DNA of 64,000 bases. Origin: Spirochaetes bacterium GWB1_36_13. Its GTDB lineage: Bacteria > Spirochaetota > GWB1-36-13. The notes under the pieces were generated by a model that was not told the origin of the DNA, did no database searches, and worked only from the letters and a program-made list of their open reading frames with translations. The number at the start of each line of letters is the position of its first letter. The stretch's first letter is position 1. Shown piece after piece: positions 26,401 through 34,670 of this stretch. The DNA is taken from contig MIAO01000011.1 of the NCBI GenBank assembly GCA_001829155.1, positions 2,723 through 66,722 on the forward strand, read 5' to 3'. Both the position numbers and the translations under genes were made by a program.

Positions 26401-27987
26401 CTGATTTCACCTCCGCCTCACCACGATATTTACTCAATTGAGGATTTGGCTCAGTTGATTTACGATTTAAAAAACGCAAACCCGAGAGCCAGAATATCCG
26501 TCAAGCTGGTATCTGAATCCGGTGTCGGAACCGTTGCGGCGGGAGTTGCGAAAGCTCATGCAGATAATATTTTAATCAGCGGTTATGACGGGGGAACAGG
26601 GGCAAGCCCTCAAAGCTCCATCAAACACGCAGGTCTTCCATGGGAAATCGGACTGGCTGAAACCCATCAGACCCTGGTTTTAAACGACCTCAGAGGGCGG
26701 GTAAGACTTCAGACAGACGGGCAGATTAAAACAGGAAAAGATATTGTGATAGCGGCTATCCTTGGAGCAGAAGAGTTTGGATTTGGAACTTCCGCGCTCA
26801 TTGTTTTAGGATGCGTGATGATGAGAAAATGCCACCTCAATACCTGTCCGGTAGGGGTAGCGACTCAAGATCCTGAGCTTCGAAAACGCTTTGGGGGAAA
26901 ACCTGAATACCTGATTAACTATTTTAAATTTATGGCTGAGGAAGTCAGAGAAATCATGGCAAGCCTGGGAATCAGAAAATTTGATGATCTGGTTGGAAAT
27001 ACCCGGTTGGTTGAAAAAAGAAATATTGACCACTGGAAAGCAAAAACCATAGACCCGAAAGCTCTTCTTTATATCCCTGAAGAGGCAAAAAAACACGCTT
27101 TATTCTGCGTGCAGGATCAAATTCATAAAATTGATGATATTTTAGATAGAAAACTGATCGAAAAAGCAAAATCTGCGATTGAATCCAAACAGCCTGTGAA
27201 AATAGAAATGCCGATTACCAATCTCGACCGATCCACAGGAACCATGCTTTCTTATGAAGTTTCTACAAAATACGGAGACGACGGACTTCCTGAAAACACG
27301 ATTCAATGTCTTTTTAAAGGAAGCGCCGGGCAGAGTTTTGGGGCTTTCCTGGCGAAAGGAATCGAGTTTAGACTGGAAGGAGATTCCAACGATTATTTCG
27401 GAAAAGGTCTTTCAGGCGGAAGGCTGATTGCGGTTCCTCCGAAAGCATCTACTTTCAAACCTGAAGAAAATATTATTATCGGAAATACTGTACTTTACGG
27501 TGCCACTGACGGAGAAGTTTTTGTGCGTGGAATTGCGGGTGAAAGATTCTGTGTCCGAAACAGCGGTGCAAAAGCGGTCATTGAAGGAACAGGAGACCAC
27601 GGAGCGGAATATATGACCGGCGGACTTCTCATTGTCCTCGGAAAAGTCGGAAGAAACTTCGGCGCTGCAATGAGCGGCGGTGTGGCTTTTGTTTTAGATA
27701 AAGACGGAAGTTTTGACTTTTTCTGCAATAAAGGAATGGTTGAACTGACTCCTATTAACACGAAAGAAGATGAAGAAATTTTAAAAACCTGGATCGAAAA
27801 ACACCTGAAATATACTGAGAGTACAGTGGCAAAAGAAATTCTTGACAACTGGGCGGCGATGCTTCCTCAATTTGTAAAAGTGATGCCGCTTGAATATAAA
27901 CGGGCTTTAGAAGAAATGAAGATCAAGGCGCTTGAAAAAGAACTGAAAACGGTCCGCGAAGAAGAAGAGTTGAAAGACAGCCGATAA
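23449..27987 (+). CDS. gltB: Glutamate synthase large subunit
   Basis: EHDSCGIGF, HSRFSTNT, EPWDGPA, QGAKPGEGGQLPG, CHLNTCPVG. Confidence 0.98.
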   Translation: MAAMYPSNQGLYDSQNEHDSCGIGFVANIKGKKSYNIIERGLEVLERMEHRGAESADNKTGDGAGILFQIPHNFYQGELKGLPEFGKYGTGLVFLPKDEKNKEKVKAAFEKVIKAEGLEVFAFRKIEVDSSAIGDIALKSEPSIEQVFITGKDIDSKTLERKLYIVRKLSEKTLRESKIEDASYFYMPSLSSKTIVYKGMLMPDQVKKYFKDLQNPKMESAIALVHSRFSTNTFPAWELAQPFRIVAHNGEINTVKGNRFWMQARESMLESKEFGKDIAKILPVIEPGKSDSASFDNALEMLVAAGRSLPHALMMMIPESWNEKNPISKDIKSFYEYHSTFMEPWDGPASMVFCDGRFVGGTLDRNGLRPSRYVITKNDMIVMGSEVGVQEFAPEEIASKGRLLPGKLLLVDTQEGRIIPDNEIKSKIANQKPYGEWVEKNRLNLPEIAESKNQPAKITGEELKKIEVLFKYSREDLESIIKPMAVNGEEPTGSMGTDTPIAAFSDKPELLFNYFKQTFAQVTNPAIDPIREELVMTLTSYIGSQKNLLDETPEHCQMIKFKTPIFTDKELQKIKDMNHQNFKPAVFDIVFKASEGEKGLEKALDKLAAEIEKKVDQGTNIIILSDRKAGKDMAPIPSLLASAGVHHHLIRVKKRTRIGLVIETAEAREVMHFALLFGYGADAVNPYGAFAVIEEMAAKNEFAKDMTADKAVENFIKANKKGLLKVLSKMGTSTLRSYRAAQIFEAIGLGNALIEKYFTGTQSRIGGVGINEIAAETLLSHKKVFIDTPKLLESEGIYRFRKNGHKHAWNPETIYLLQWATRTGDYQKYKQFSKKADQDTMKPHFIRGLFDFKKQNAVPLSEVESAESIYKRFTTGAMSFGSLSKEVHEAMAIALNAIGGRSNSGEGGEDPERFKRRSDGTLPRSAIKQVASGRFGVTSNYLANADEIQIKISQGAKPGEGGQLPGHKVDEIIARTRYSTPGVTLISPPPHHDIYSIEDLAQLIYDLKNANPRARISVKLVSESGVGTVAAGVAKAHADNILISGYDGGTGASPQSSIKHAGLPWEIGLAETHQTLVLNDLRGRVRLQTDGQIKTGKDIVIAAILGAEEFGFGTSALIVLGCVMMRKCHLNTCPVGVATQDPELRKRFGGKPEYLINYFKFMAEEVREIMASLGIRKFDDLVGNTRLVEKRNIDHWKAKTIDPKALLYIPEEAKKHALFCVQDQIHKIDDILDRKLIEKAKSAIESKQPVKIEMPITNLDRSTGTMLSYEVSTKYGDDGLPENTIQCLFKGSAGQSFGAFLAKGIEFRLEGDSNDYFGKGLSGGRLIAVPPKASTFKPEENIIIGNTVLYGATDGEVFVRGIAGERFCVRNSGAKAVIEGTGDHGAEYMTGGLLIVLGKVGRNFGAAMSGGVAFVLDKDGSFDFFCNKGMVELTPINTKEDEEILKTWIEKHLKYTESTVAKEILDNWAAMLPQFVKVMPLEYKRALEEMKIKALEKELKTVREEEELKDSR

Positions 27988-28016
27988 GCCGAAGACTAAA
28001 AAGAAGGAGATGAACT

Positions 28017-29438
28017 ATGGGAAATCCAAAGGGATTTTTAACGATAAAAAGAAAAGAATCAGGATACCGTCCGGTAGAAGAAAGGCTTCAGGATTACAGT
28101 GAAGTGGAGAAAGAGCTTCCGGAAAAAGAAAGAAAAGACCAGGCAGCCCGATGTATGGACTGCGGTGTCCCTTTCTGCCACTGGGCATGTCCGGTGGGAA
28201 ATGTGATGCCGGAATGGCAGGATATGATCTATAAAGGAGACTGGAAGGCTGCCTACGATATTTTACAGGAAACCAATAATTTTCCTGAGTTTACCGGAAG
28301 AGTCTGCCCTGCGCTCTGCGAACCTTCCTGTGTTCTTTCTGTCAATGACGACCCGGTTACGATCCGTCAGAACGAGCTGGCTGTGATTGAGAAAGCTTTT
28401 CAGGAAGGGTATATCAAAGCCAACCCTCCAAAAGTGAGAACCGGAAAAAAAGTAGCGGTGATCGGAAGCGGCCCTGCGGGACTTGCCTGCTCTGATATTC
28501 TCAATAAAAAAGGACATTCAGTCACTCTTTTTGAAGCGGAAGACGAAGTAGGGGGATACCTCCGGTTTGGAATTCCAGACTTTAAACTGAATAAAAAAAT
28601 GATTGACCGGAGAGTGAATCTTCTCAAAGAAGAGGGAATTGAAATCATGACCGGCAAAACAGTCGGAAAAGATATTTCGATCAAAGACCTCAAAAAGAAA
28701 TATGACGCGGTTTGTATCACCATCGGCGCAAGAGAAGCCAGAGATATTAAAATAGACGGAAGAGACCTGAAAGGAATCCATTTTGCAATGGATTTTCTGG
28801 GGCAGCAGAATAAAATCGTCCGCGGAGATAAAATAGCTGAAGCAGAGCTCATCAATGCGCTGGATAAAAGCGTGGTGGTGATCGGCGGGGGAGACACAGG
28901 CTCCGACTGTGTGGGTACTTCAAACCGGCACGGAGCCAGAAAAGTGGTTCAAATAGAGCTTTTACCCGAACCTCCTAAAAACAGAACCGAGAAAGAACCA
29001 TGGCCTCTCTGGCCGAAAATCCTCAAAACATCCAGCTCCCATGAGGAAGGATGCGAGAGAATGTGGTGCATCTCCACAAAGAAGTTTATCGGCGGAAACG
29101 GGCAGATTAAAAAAATCCTTGCCTGCAAAGTGGAGTGGAAAGCGGATGAAAAGGGAAATTATTCGATGAAGGAAATCCCGGGTTCAGACTTTGAAATCGA
29201 AGCAGACCTGGTATTCCTAGCAATGGGATTTACTCATGTGGTTCAGGAAGGGTTGGTGAAAGAGATGAATCTGAAACTGACACTATCCGGCAATATCGAT
29301 GTCAATGAAAACTATATGACCAGCGAAAAAGGCATTTTCGCCGCTGGAGACGCAAAACGAGGCGCCTCACTGGTTGTCTATGCGATTCAGGAAGGAAGAG
29401 AAGCGGCGGAAGGAATTCATCGGTTCTTATCAAAATAA
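28017..29438 (+). CDS. gltD: Glutamate synthase small subunit
   Basis: RCMDCGVPFC, NNFPEFTGRVCPALCE, GSGPAGL, GGGDTGSDC. Confidence 0.97.
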   Translation: MGNPKGFLTIKRKESGYRPVEERLQDYSEVEKELPEKERKDQAARCMDCGVPFCHWACPVGNVMPEWQDMIYKGDWKAAYDILQETNNFPEFTGRVCPALCEPSCVLSVNDDPVTIRQNELAVIEKAFQEGYIKANPPKVRTGKKVAVIGSGPAGLACSDILNKKGHSVTLFEAEDEVGGYLRFGIPDFKLNKKMIDRRVNLLKEEGIEIMTGKTVGKDISIKDLKKKYDAVCITIGAREARDIKIDGRDLKGIHFAMDFLGQQNKIVRGDKIAEAELINALDKSVVVIGGGDTGSDCVGTSNRHGARKVVQIELLPEPPKNRTEKEPWPLWPKILKTSSSHEEGCERMWCISTKKFIGGNGQIKKILACKVEWKADEKGNYSMKEIPGSDFEIEADLVFLAMGFTHVVQEGLVKEMNLKLTLSGNIDVNENYMTSEKGIFAAGDAKRGASLVVYAIQEGREAAEGIHRFLSK

Positions 29439-29458
29439 ATTTTCTATCAAAAATCCAG

Positions 29459-29489
29459 AAAGGGCAGGCTTGAGGGCTTGTCCTTTTTT
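29459..29489 (+). terminator. Rho-independent terminator of gltBD
   Basis: AAGGGCAGGC...GCTTGTCCTT hairpin followed by a T-run. Confidence 0.7.
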
Positions 29490-29602
29490 GGCAGTTTAAA
29501 CGCAGTCTTTAAATAAAGATAATCTGAAAATTTTTCAAAAACGATTGTTTTATATCTCTAAAATTGTTTATATTTTGATATAAAAACTATCGGGGAATAA
29601 AT

Positions 29603-29839
29603 ATGGCATTAATTATTTCGATGGATAAAGCAAACCATGATTTTTTGAAAATCATTGAAAAGGTCAGAAATGGCGAAGAAGTTATATTGGAAGATAATGG
29701 AAATCCCATTATCAACATCTTTCCGTATCGGAAAAAAAAGAATAAAAGAGTTGCAAACCTGGCCAAAGACAAAATATGGATATCAGAGGATTTTGACCAG
29801 CCCTTATCGGATGATATTATCAAGGATTTCTATCAATGA
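29603..29839 (+). CDS. Phd/YefM-family antitoxin
   Basis: IIEKVRNGEEVIL and IWISEDFDQPL; ATGA overlap with the following PIN gene. Confidence 0.8.
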   Translation: MALIISMDKANHDFLKIIEKVRNGEEVILEDNGNPIINIFPYRKKKNKRVANLAKDKIWISEDFDQPLSDDIIKDFYQ

Positions 29840-29994
29840 ATTATTTGCTGGATACACATACTTTTATCTGGTGGGTGAATGAAAGCTCTAAGTTATCCGA
29901 TAAAGTTTATAAAATTATCCAGAATAATGAAAATCAAATTTTAATCAGTGTTGCCAGCCTTTGAGAAATTATAATCAAATCTAAAACCGGAAAA
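29836..29994 (+). pseudogene. Truncated VapC/PIN toxin
   Basis: MNYLLDTHTFIWW...ISVASL*EIIIKSKTGK. In-frame TGA at 29962 falls at the conserved Trp, and similarity ends near 29994. Confidence 0.85.
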
Positions 29995-30018
29995 AATAAA
30001 TCGGTGCAGAGACATATC

Positions 30019-30109
30019 GTACATCATTTTGCGTGTAAATGAAGTTGCCGCAGCGTACTTGGGAAGGCAATTTGGGTGAGCAACGCGAACCAGCTACACG
30101 CTGTTAGGC
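30019..30109 (-). mobile_element. attC-like integron cassette recombination site
   Basis: Minus strand: R'' GCCTAAC, then AGCGTGTA...TACACGC pairing, inner TTGCC/GGCAA stem, degenerate R' GATGTAC. The upstream ORF reads into the site (TSPNSV*). Confidence 0.7.
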
Positions 30110-31302
30110 GAAGTATTAATATTTGATTTAGGTAAATAATTCATTAAAAATCTTTTTGTTTCATATTTCTTATATTTTGTTTCAGTAACATATATAACAT
30201 GTACATCAAATAAATACTGATCCTTTCCAATATTTATTTTATCATGGGTCAATTTTTCAATTAAATTAATGTCAATTTTTCCTTTTATAATATACTCTTC
30301 ATCTTGAGAATAGACAGAAAAAGATGGTTCTTTTTTATTTATATTTATCTCAAGAAAATAACCCTCAATTTGAATATCGTCTATTATTTCATCGTAATTT
30401 TCGTTAATAATTTTTTTAACAGATTTTGCTTTTTCAATGTTTATCATAGATTCTTTGATTTCATTTGTTAATGGATTAACCATAGCCGCTGTAAAAATTG
30501 CATTATTTTTTATTATATTATTTAATATTATTGAGTAAGAATGAATAAAACTTTGGTCTTTAGAAAATTTTATTAACTCATCAAAATCTTCTTTTTTAAT
30601 TGCATTGAATAAGTCAATAATTTTATTAGTTTTATCATATTCAGGTAAGTCTAGAAAAAGACTTTTTTCGTAATCAATTTCTATTGAAATCCCTAAAGAA
30701 CTTTGCCTTAAATTTGAAAAAGCAAAGTGTTTATCTAATAATCTTGCATCAATACCTAAACTTTTTTTAATTATTTCAACTACTGGATTTAAGATTTTAT
30801 AAATTGCCCAAGGTTTAATATTATTTATTAATGATTGACTTTTTACATAAAGGTCGAGCAAAATCCTTTCTTTCTTTTTTGATGTAGCAATAAATTCTTT
30901 TTTATCTAACTCAGGTTTTCTTTCTGAAATCAAATATTGAAATCTATAATCTAAAGGTATCGGATTTATAAAATCTTGTAAAGGGTATAAATATGTTTCT
31001 AATAAAGTCCCATTTATCATATCATATCTCAAAAAATAAATACTATTATCTTCAGCACGTTGAAAAGCATCATGTAGTGAAAGTTCTCCAGATTTAAGAT
31101 TTGCTAACCTTTCTGGAGATATGGCTATTGCAATTCTATTTTCAAAATTTTCTAGATAATCTACTAAATATGAAACATAATAATGCCCAAGTTTGTTCTT
31201 TTCTAATGTTAATATTGGGTAATCTTTAAAATCAAGCATTTCAATTACTTCTAATTCTAGAAAATTAAAATTTAATTTAAAATTATTATCTATTTTCATC
31301 AA
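30094..31302 (-). CDS. Hypothetical cassette protein (N-terminus reminiscent of DUF6575)
   Basis: 402-aa very AT-rich ORF overlapping the upstream gene; N-terminal LEVIEMLDFKDYPILTLEKNKLGHYYVSY. Confidence 0.7.
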   Translation of the reverse strand: MMKIDNNFKLNFNFLELEVIEMLDFKDYPILTLEKNKLGHYYVSYLVDYLENFENRIAIAISPERLANLKSGELSLHDAFQRAEDNSIYFLRYDMINGTLLETYLYPLQDFINPIPLDYRFQYLISERKPELDKKEFIATSKKKERILLDLYVKSQSLINNIKPWAIYKILNPVVEIIKKSLGIDARLLDKHFAFSNLRQSSLGISIEIDYEKSLFLDLPEYDKTNKIIDLFNAIKKEDFDELIKFSKDQSFIHSYSIILNNIIKNNAIFTAAMVNPLTNEIKESMINIEKAKSVKKIINENYDEIIDDIQIEGYFLEININKKEPSFSVYSQDEEYIIKGKIDINLIEKLTHDKINIGKDQYLFDVHVIYVTETKYKKYETKRFLMNYLPKSNINTSPNSV

Positions 31303-31684
31303 TTTTTTCTATTCTCCTGATAATTAGTTGAGTAAAAGAAAATTGAGAATACAACCAAATATTATAATGCCCACTAGATTCTTTGAATTTTCCAGCACCA
31401 CAATTATTTTCTAGTTTTATTTCAGCTATAAATTTACCTAATATATTATTTCTTTTAATTTTTGCCTCTTTATATGTAGCAATTGTTTGTTCAAATGTTT
31501 TAAAAAAAGAAACCGCATATGCATCACACATATTTTTATAACGAATATTATTGGGAAAAAGTTTTGCATAAGAAAAAAAATCTGATTCTTTTAAAGTATC
31601 TTCCTGAATAATTCTAAAAACAATATGGTCATATTCTCTAATGTCGGGTGGTGGACACTTCGCAGGTAATGTTTCCTTATACAT
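31286..31684 (-). CDS. Hypothetical cassette protein (LPxxCPP...VFR...DF...C...VSFF...GHYNIW), possibly ART/RES-like
   Basis: 132-aa AT-rich ORF with an AAGGA RBS, 23 bp downstream of the GTTAGGC core site. Confidence 0.7.
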   Translation of the reverse strand: MYKETLPAKCPPPDIREYDHIVFRIIQEDTLKESDFFSYAKLFPNNIRYKNMCDAYAVSFFKTFEQTIATYKEAKIKRNNILGKFIAEIKLENNCGAGKFKESSGHYNIWLYSQFSFTQLIIRRIEKIDENR

Positions 31685-31703
31685 TTCTTATCCTTTTTAA
31701 TAT

Positions 31704-31736
31704 TTCGCCTAACTCAATATATACGAACTTCGCATA
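31704..31736 (-). mobile_element. attI-like site / cassette 5' core site
   Basis: Minus strand TATGCGAAGTTCGTATATATTGA-GTTAGGCGAA. The GTTRRRY core is complementary over 10 bp to the attC R'' end, and no attC stem lies upstream. Confidence 0.55.
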
Positions 31737-32014
31737 TCCTTCCCATAAGCTTATCATAACTCTGTTTTAAAATATAGTAAAATGATTCTGAGTTACAAAA
31801 AGTTTATTCCGTTATTTCATTTTCCGGCAGGAAAGAGGCTTGAGGACACAGGAAACGGAGATTTTTTTATAAGGGGTATGATGACTCTCCGTTTCTTTTC
31901 CCGCCGGAAACTAAGGCAGGATGAAATAATAATTATCAAGCTTGATCATGATCAAATTAAACTCTTTTTCCCGCTTTTATCAATAGAACCATGGGTGAAT
32001 TTCAAGACTTTTCC

Positions 32015-32034
32015 AATAGAACCTCAGGTTCTAT
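32015..32034. promoter_or_regulatory. Second copy of palindrome AATAGAACCTCAGGTTCTAT
   Basis: Identical to 14659-14678; a half-site AATAGAACC lies at 31982. Confidence 0.55.
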
Positions 32035-32150
32035 ACTTGATTTTCAATTTATTGCCAGGGAAGGATTTAATTCTTGCAGAAGAATGATCCAGAGGGTTCA
32101 AATCCAAACCCCTAACCCCTTATCCTTAAATCTTTTAAGGACAAGGGGGA

Positions 32151-32186
32151 GTCCTCCGTGATTTCATCCATGAAATCACGGAGGAC
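32151..32186. repeat. Perfect GC-rich hairpin GTCCTCCGTGATTTCAT-CC-ATGAAATCACGGAGGAC
   Basis: 17-bp perfect arms within a cluster of REP-like palindromes. Confidence 0.7.
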
Positions 32187-32406
32187 GGGGAAACCCTGCC
32201 TCGTGCAGGGTTAAAGAACAGAAAAAAGGTTTCCCGAATTTCTGCAGGTGCTCACTGAGCGAAATCGAAGCGTGCCGGACGGAGGGGAGGTTTATCACCG
32301 AATAAAAAAAACTTAAAATCAAAACCGCAAATTTATGACATCAAATTCTTTTTTTGCCGGAGGCACTTAAAATTTGCAGTTTGTAAAACCAGAAGTTTTA
32401 CTCTTT

Positions 32407-32462
32407 AAACTCCCCTTGTCTTCCTCCGGGAGATAAGGGGCTGGGGGTTTGTGGGCAAAAAA
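32407..32462 (+). repeat. ~56-bp dispersed repeat, copy 1
   Basis: AAACTCCCCTTGTCTTCCTCYGGGAGATAAGGGGCTGGGGGTTTGTGGGCAAAAAA, one mismatch to 51007-51062. Confidence 0.92.
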
Positions 32463-32479
32463 TATTTTAGATTTGAATT

Positions 32480-32497
32480 TACATCTTTAAAGATGTA
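32480..32497. promoter_or_regulatory. Perfect palindrome TACATCTTTAAAGATGTA, probable TA autoregulation operator
   Basis: Directly precedes TATAAT (32502-32507) and the toxin-remnant ATG. Confidence 0.65.
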
Positions 32498-32507
32498 TAT
32501 TTATAAT

Positions 32508-32632
32508 ATGAATAAAAGTGAATGGAAAATTATTTATTATGAAGATTCTGAATCCAATTCAGAATTTATGATTTTATTAATTCTTTATCTCTTTAAAAAA
32601 ATATAACGAAAAAAATTTAAGAGAGGATTACA
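32508..32632 (+). pseudogene. RelE/HigB-type toxin remnant (frameshift plus internal deletion)
   Basis: MNKSEWKIIYYEDSESNSEF then YDFINSL in another frame; upstream of an XRE antitoxin. Confidence 0.6.
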
Positions 32633-32920
32633 ATGAAAACATTTAAAAAACATCTGAATGAAAAATTAAATGATATCAAATTTCAAGAAATGTATGACGA
32701 AGAAAAAAAATTATTAGAAATATCATTGAAAATTCATGATGAAAGAGAGAAGCATGGATTGAGCCAGAATGAAGTTGCAAAGAAGGCTCATATTACTCAA
32801 CAACAATTATCAAAAATTGAAAATGGTGAAAATTGCAATGTTTTAACCTTATTAAAGGTTTGTCATGCGCTTGGATTAAAATTAGACTTTATAAAAAACA
32901 AGGATCATCAATATGTATGA
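32633..32920 (+). CDS. XRE-family HTH protein (HigA-like antitoxin)
   Basis: REKHGLSQNEVAKKAHITQQQLSKIENG...LLKVCHALG. Confidence 0.88.
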   Translation: MKTFKKHLNEKLNDIKFQEMYDEEKKLLEISLKIHDEREKHGLSQNEVAKKAHITQQQLSKIENGENCNVLTLLKVCHALGLKLDFIKNKDHQYV

Positions 32921-33062
32921 TATATTTCAGTGTGGTTTATAAATGTCCCAAGATTTTTTCTAATTGAAATGAGAAAGAACCAGAATATTCGAGTCATATG
33001 AGAAATGCATTCATAAGACATATAATACCGCGAAAAAAATCCCTCTCAAATATAGATTTTAT

Positions 33063-34598
33063 TTACTGCCTTGCCCCCGAAAGCATAATGTTTTTTTCCA
33101 GGCTCCTATATTGAAAAGCTTCTAAAAGATGAGTGTCTTCGATTTCTTTCTTTTCTTCCAGATCGGCAATGGTTCTTGCGGTTTTTAAGATGCGGGTGTA
33201 GGCGCGCATGGAAATTCCGTTTTTTTCGATTGCTTTTTTTAAAAGAGATTTTGAATTTTGTTTTAAATGGCAAAACTTTTCAATTTCTTTTGAAGTCATA
33301 TCAGAATTATATCTGCCTTCTCCCAGTCTTTCTGACTGAATGTTTCTTGCATTTAAAACCCGTTTTCTGATTTCGGTCGAGTTTTCTTCTTTTCTTTCAA
33401 TTTCTTTATAACTGACCTCGCTGACTTGAATCTGAATATCAATCCTGTCGAGAATAGGCCCCGAAATCTTTTGATAATATTTTTTTACCAATGAAGGAGA
33501 GCATTCACAAGTTTTGACAGGATGAAAGGCAAATCCGCAGGGGCATGGATTCATGGCGGCAGCCAAAAGAAAACTGGCGGGAAAAGTCTGGGTCCGCTCA
33601 CTTCGGGTAATGGTGATTTTCTTTTCTTCCAAAGGCTCTCTGAGGGTCTCAAAAACAGCTCTTTTAAACTCAGGAAGTTCGTCTAAAAACAAAACACCCC
33701 TGTGAGCCAGGGTGATTTCACCCGCTTTCGGGATACTTCCCCCTCCCACAATCGATACTTCGCTGGCAGTATGGTGAGGCGAACGAAAGGGGCGTTCGCT
33801 GATTAACCCCAATGCTGTCTCTTTGTGAGACGAAACACTGTAAATACTGGATATCTCAATTGCTTCATCCAGGGTAAGAGGCGGAAGAATACCTGGAAGC
33901 CTTTTTATCAGCATGGATTTTCCCACTCCGGGAGAACCGATCAGTAAAAAATTATGAAATCCCGCAGCGGCAATTTCTATACCCCGTTTTGCCAGAGCCT
34001 GACCCTTGACTTCGGCATAATCATAGTCAAATTCTCTGTCTTGAGTAAAATGAAAATCCAGTTTTTCAGGAACTCTTTGTCCTTGAAGCGCTTCCAGGGC
34101 TTCTTTTAAATTTTCAACAGGATAATAATCAATCTTATCAATCACACAGACTTCCTGAAAATTTTCTCTGGGTAAAATCATTTTTCTGATACCTGATTTT
34201 TTAACATGGATTGCAAGGGGCAACGCTCCCTTGACCGCTCGCACCTCACCGCTGAAAGACAGCTCTCCGGCAATAAAAAAATCCTCAAAGAGCTCGTTTT
34301 CAAAATAACCTGAACTGGATAATATTCCCAAAGCAATCGGGAGATCCAGATAAGTTCCCCCTTTTTTAAGGTCTGCCGGCGCCAGATTGCAAAGAATCCG
34401 CCTGAATCTTAAGTCCATCTCGGAATGGCGGATCGCCTGGAATATTCTGTCCTTTGCCTCTTTGATCGCTGTATCGGGGAGCCCCACTATTTCAAAACCG
34501 GGATAACCGTTTCTATGTTCCACTTCGATTTCGACACCATAGGTTTCAAGTCCGATAATGACACCGCTTTTAATTTTTGCCAGCATTTTTTGCCTCAC
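33063..34598 (-). CDS. comM: YifB/ComM Mg-chelatase-like AAA+ ATPase
   Basis: VGLPD, NLAPADLKK, GSPGVGKSM, PFRSPHH, GVLFLDELPEF, NPCPCG. Confidence 0.93.
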   Translation of the reverse strand: MRQKMLAKIKSGVIIGLETYGVEIEVEHRNGYPGFEIVGLPDTAIKEAKDRIFQAIRHSEMDLRFRRILCNLAPADLKKGGTYLDLPIALGILSSSGYFENELFEDFFIAGELSFSGEVRAVKGALPLAIHVKKSGIRKMILPRENFQEVCVIDKIDYYPVENLKEALEALQGQRVPEKLDFHFTQDREFDYDYAEVKGQALAKRGIEIAAAGFHNFLLIGSPGVGKSMLIKRLPGILPPLTLDEAIEISSIYSVSSHKETALGLISERPFRSPHHTASEVSIVGGGSIPKAGEITLAHRGVLFLDELPEFKRAVFETLREPLEEKKITITRSERTQTFPASFLLAAAMNPCPCGFAFHPVKTCECSPSLVKKYYQKISGPILDRIDIQIQVSEVSYKEIERKEENSTEIRKRVLNARNIQSERLGEGRYNSDMTSKEIEKFCHLKQNSKSLLKKAIEKNGISMRAYTRILKTARTIADLEEKKEIEDTHLLEAFQYRSLEKNIMLSGARQ

Positions 34599-34670
34599 AA
34601 TGATTTGTTAACATACTTAAACAAATTTTAGTGTGGTTTTATGCCGGTAAAAATAAATTTTCTCAATTTT

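Noticed and set aside
29962..29964. In-frame TGA at a conserved Trp, suggesting TGA recoding (genetic code 4)
   Set aside because: Trp is TGG throughout intact genes and TGA terminates several ORFs (for example 1291, 16747, 29839). This gene is also truncated, so it is a nonsense mutation.
31782..32087. ORF beside the attI-like site as an integrase remnant
   Set aside because: It has no tyrosine recombinase motifs, no clear RBS, and overlaps palindromic sites, so it is probably spurious.
32100..32462. CRISPR array
   Set aside because: There are no regularly spaced identical repeats with unique spacers, and no cas genes.
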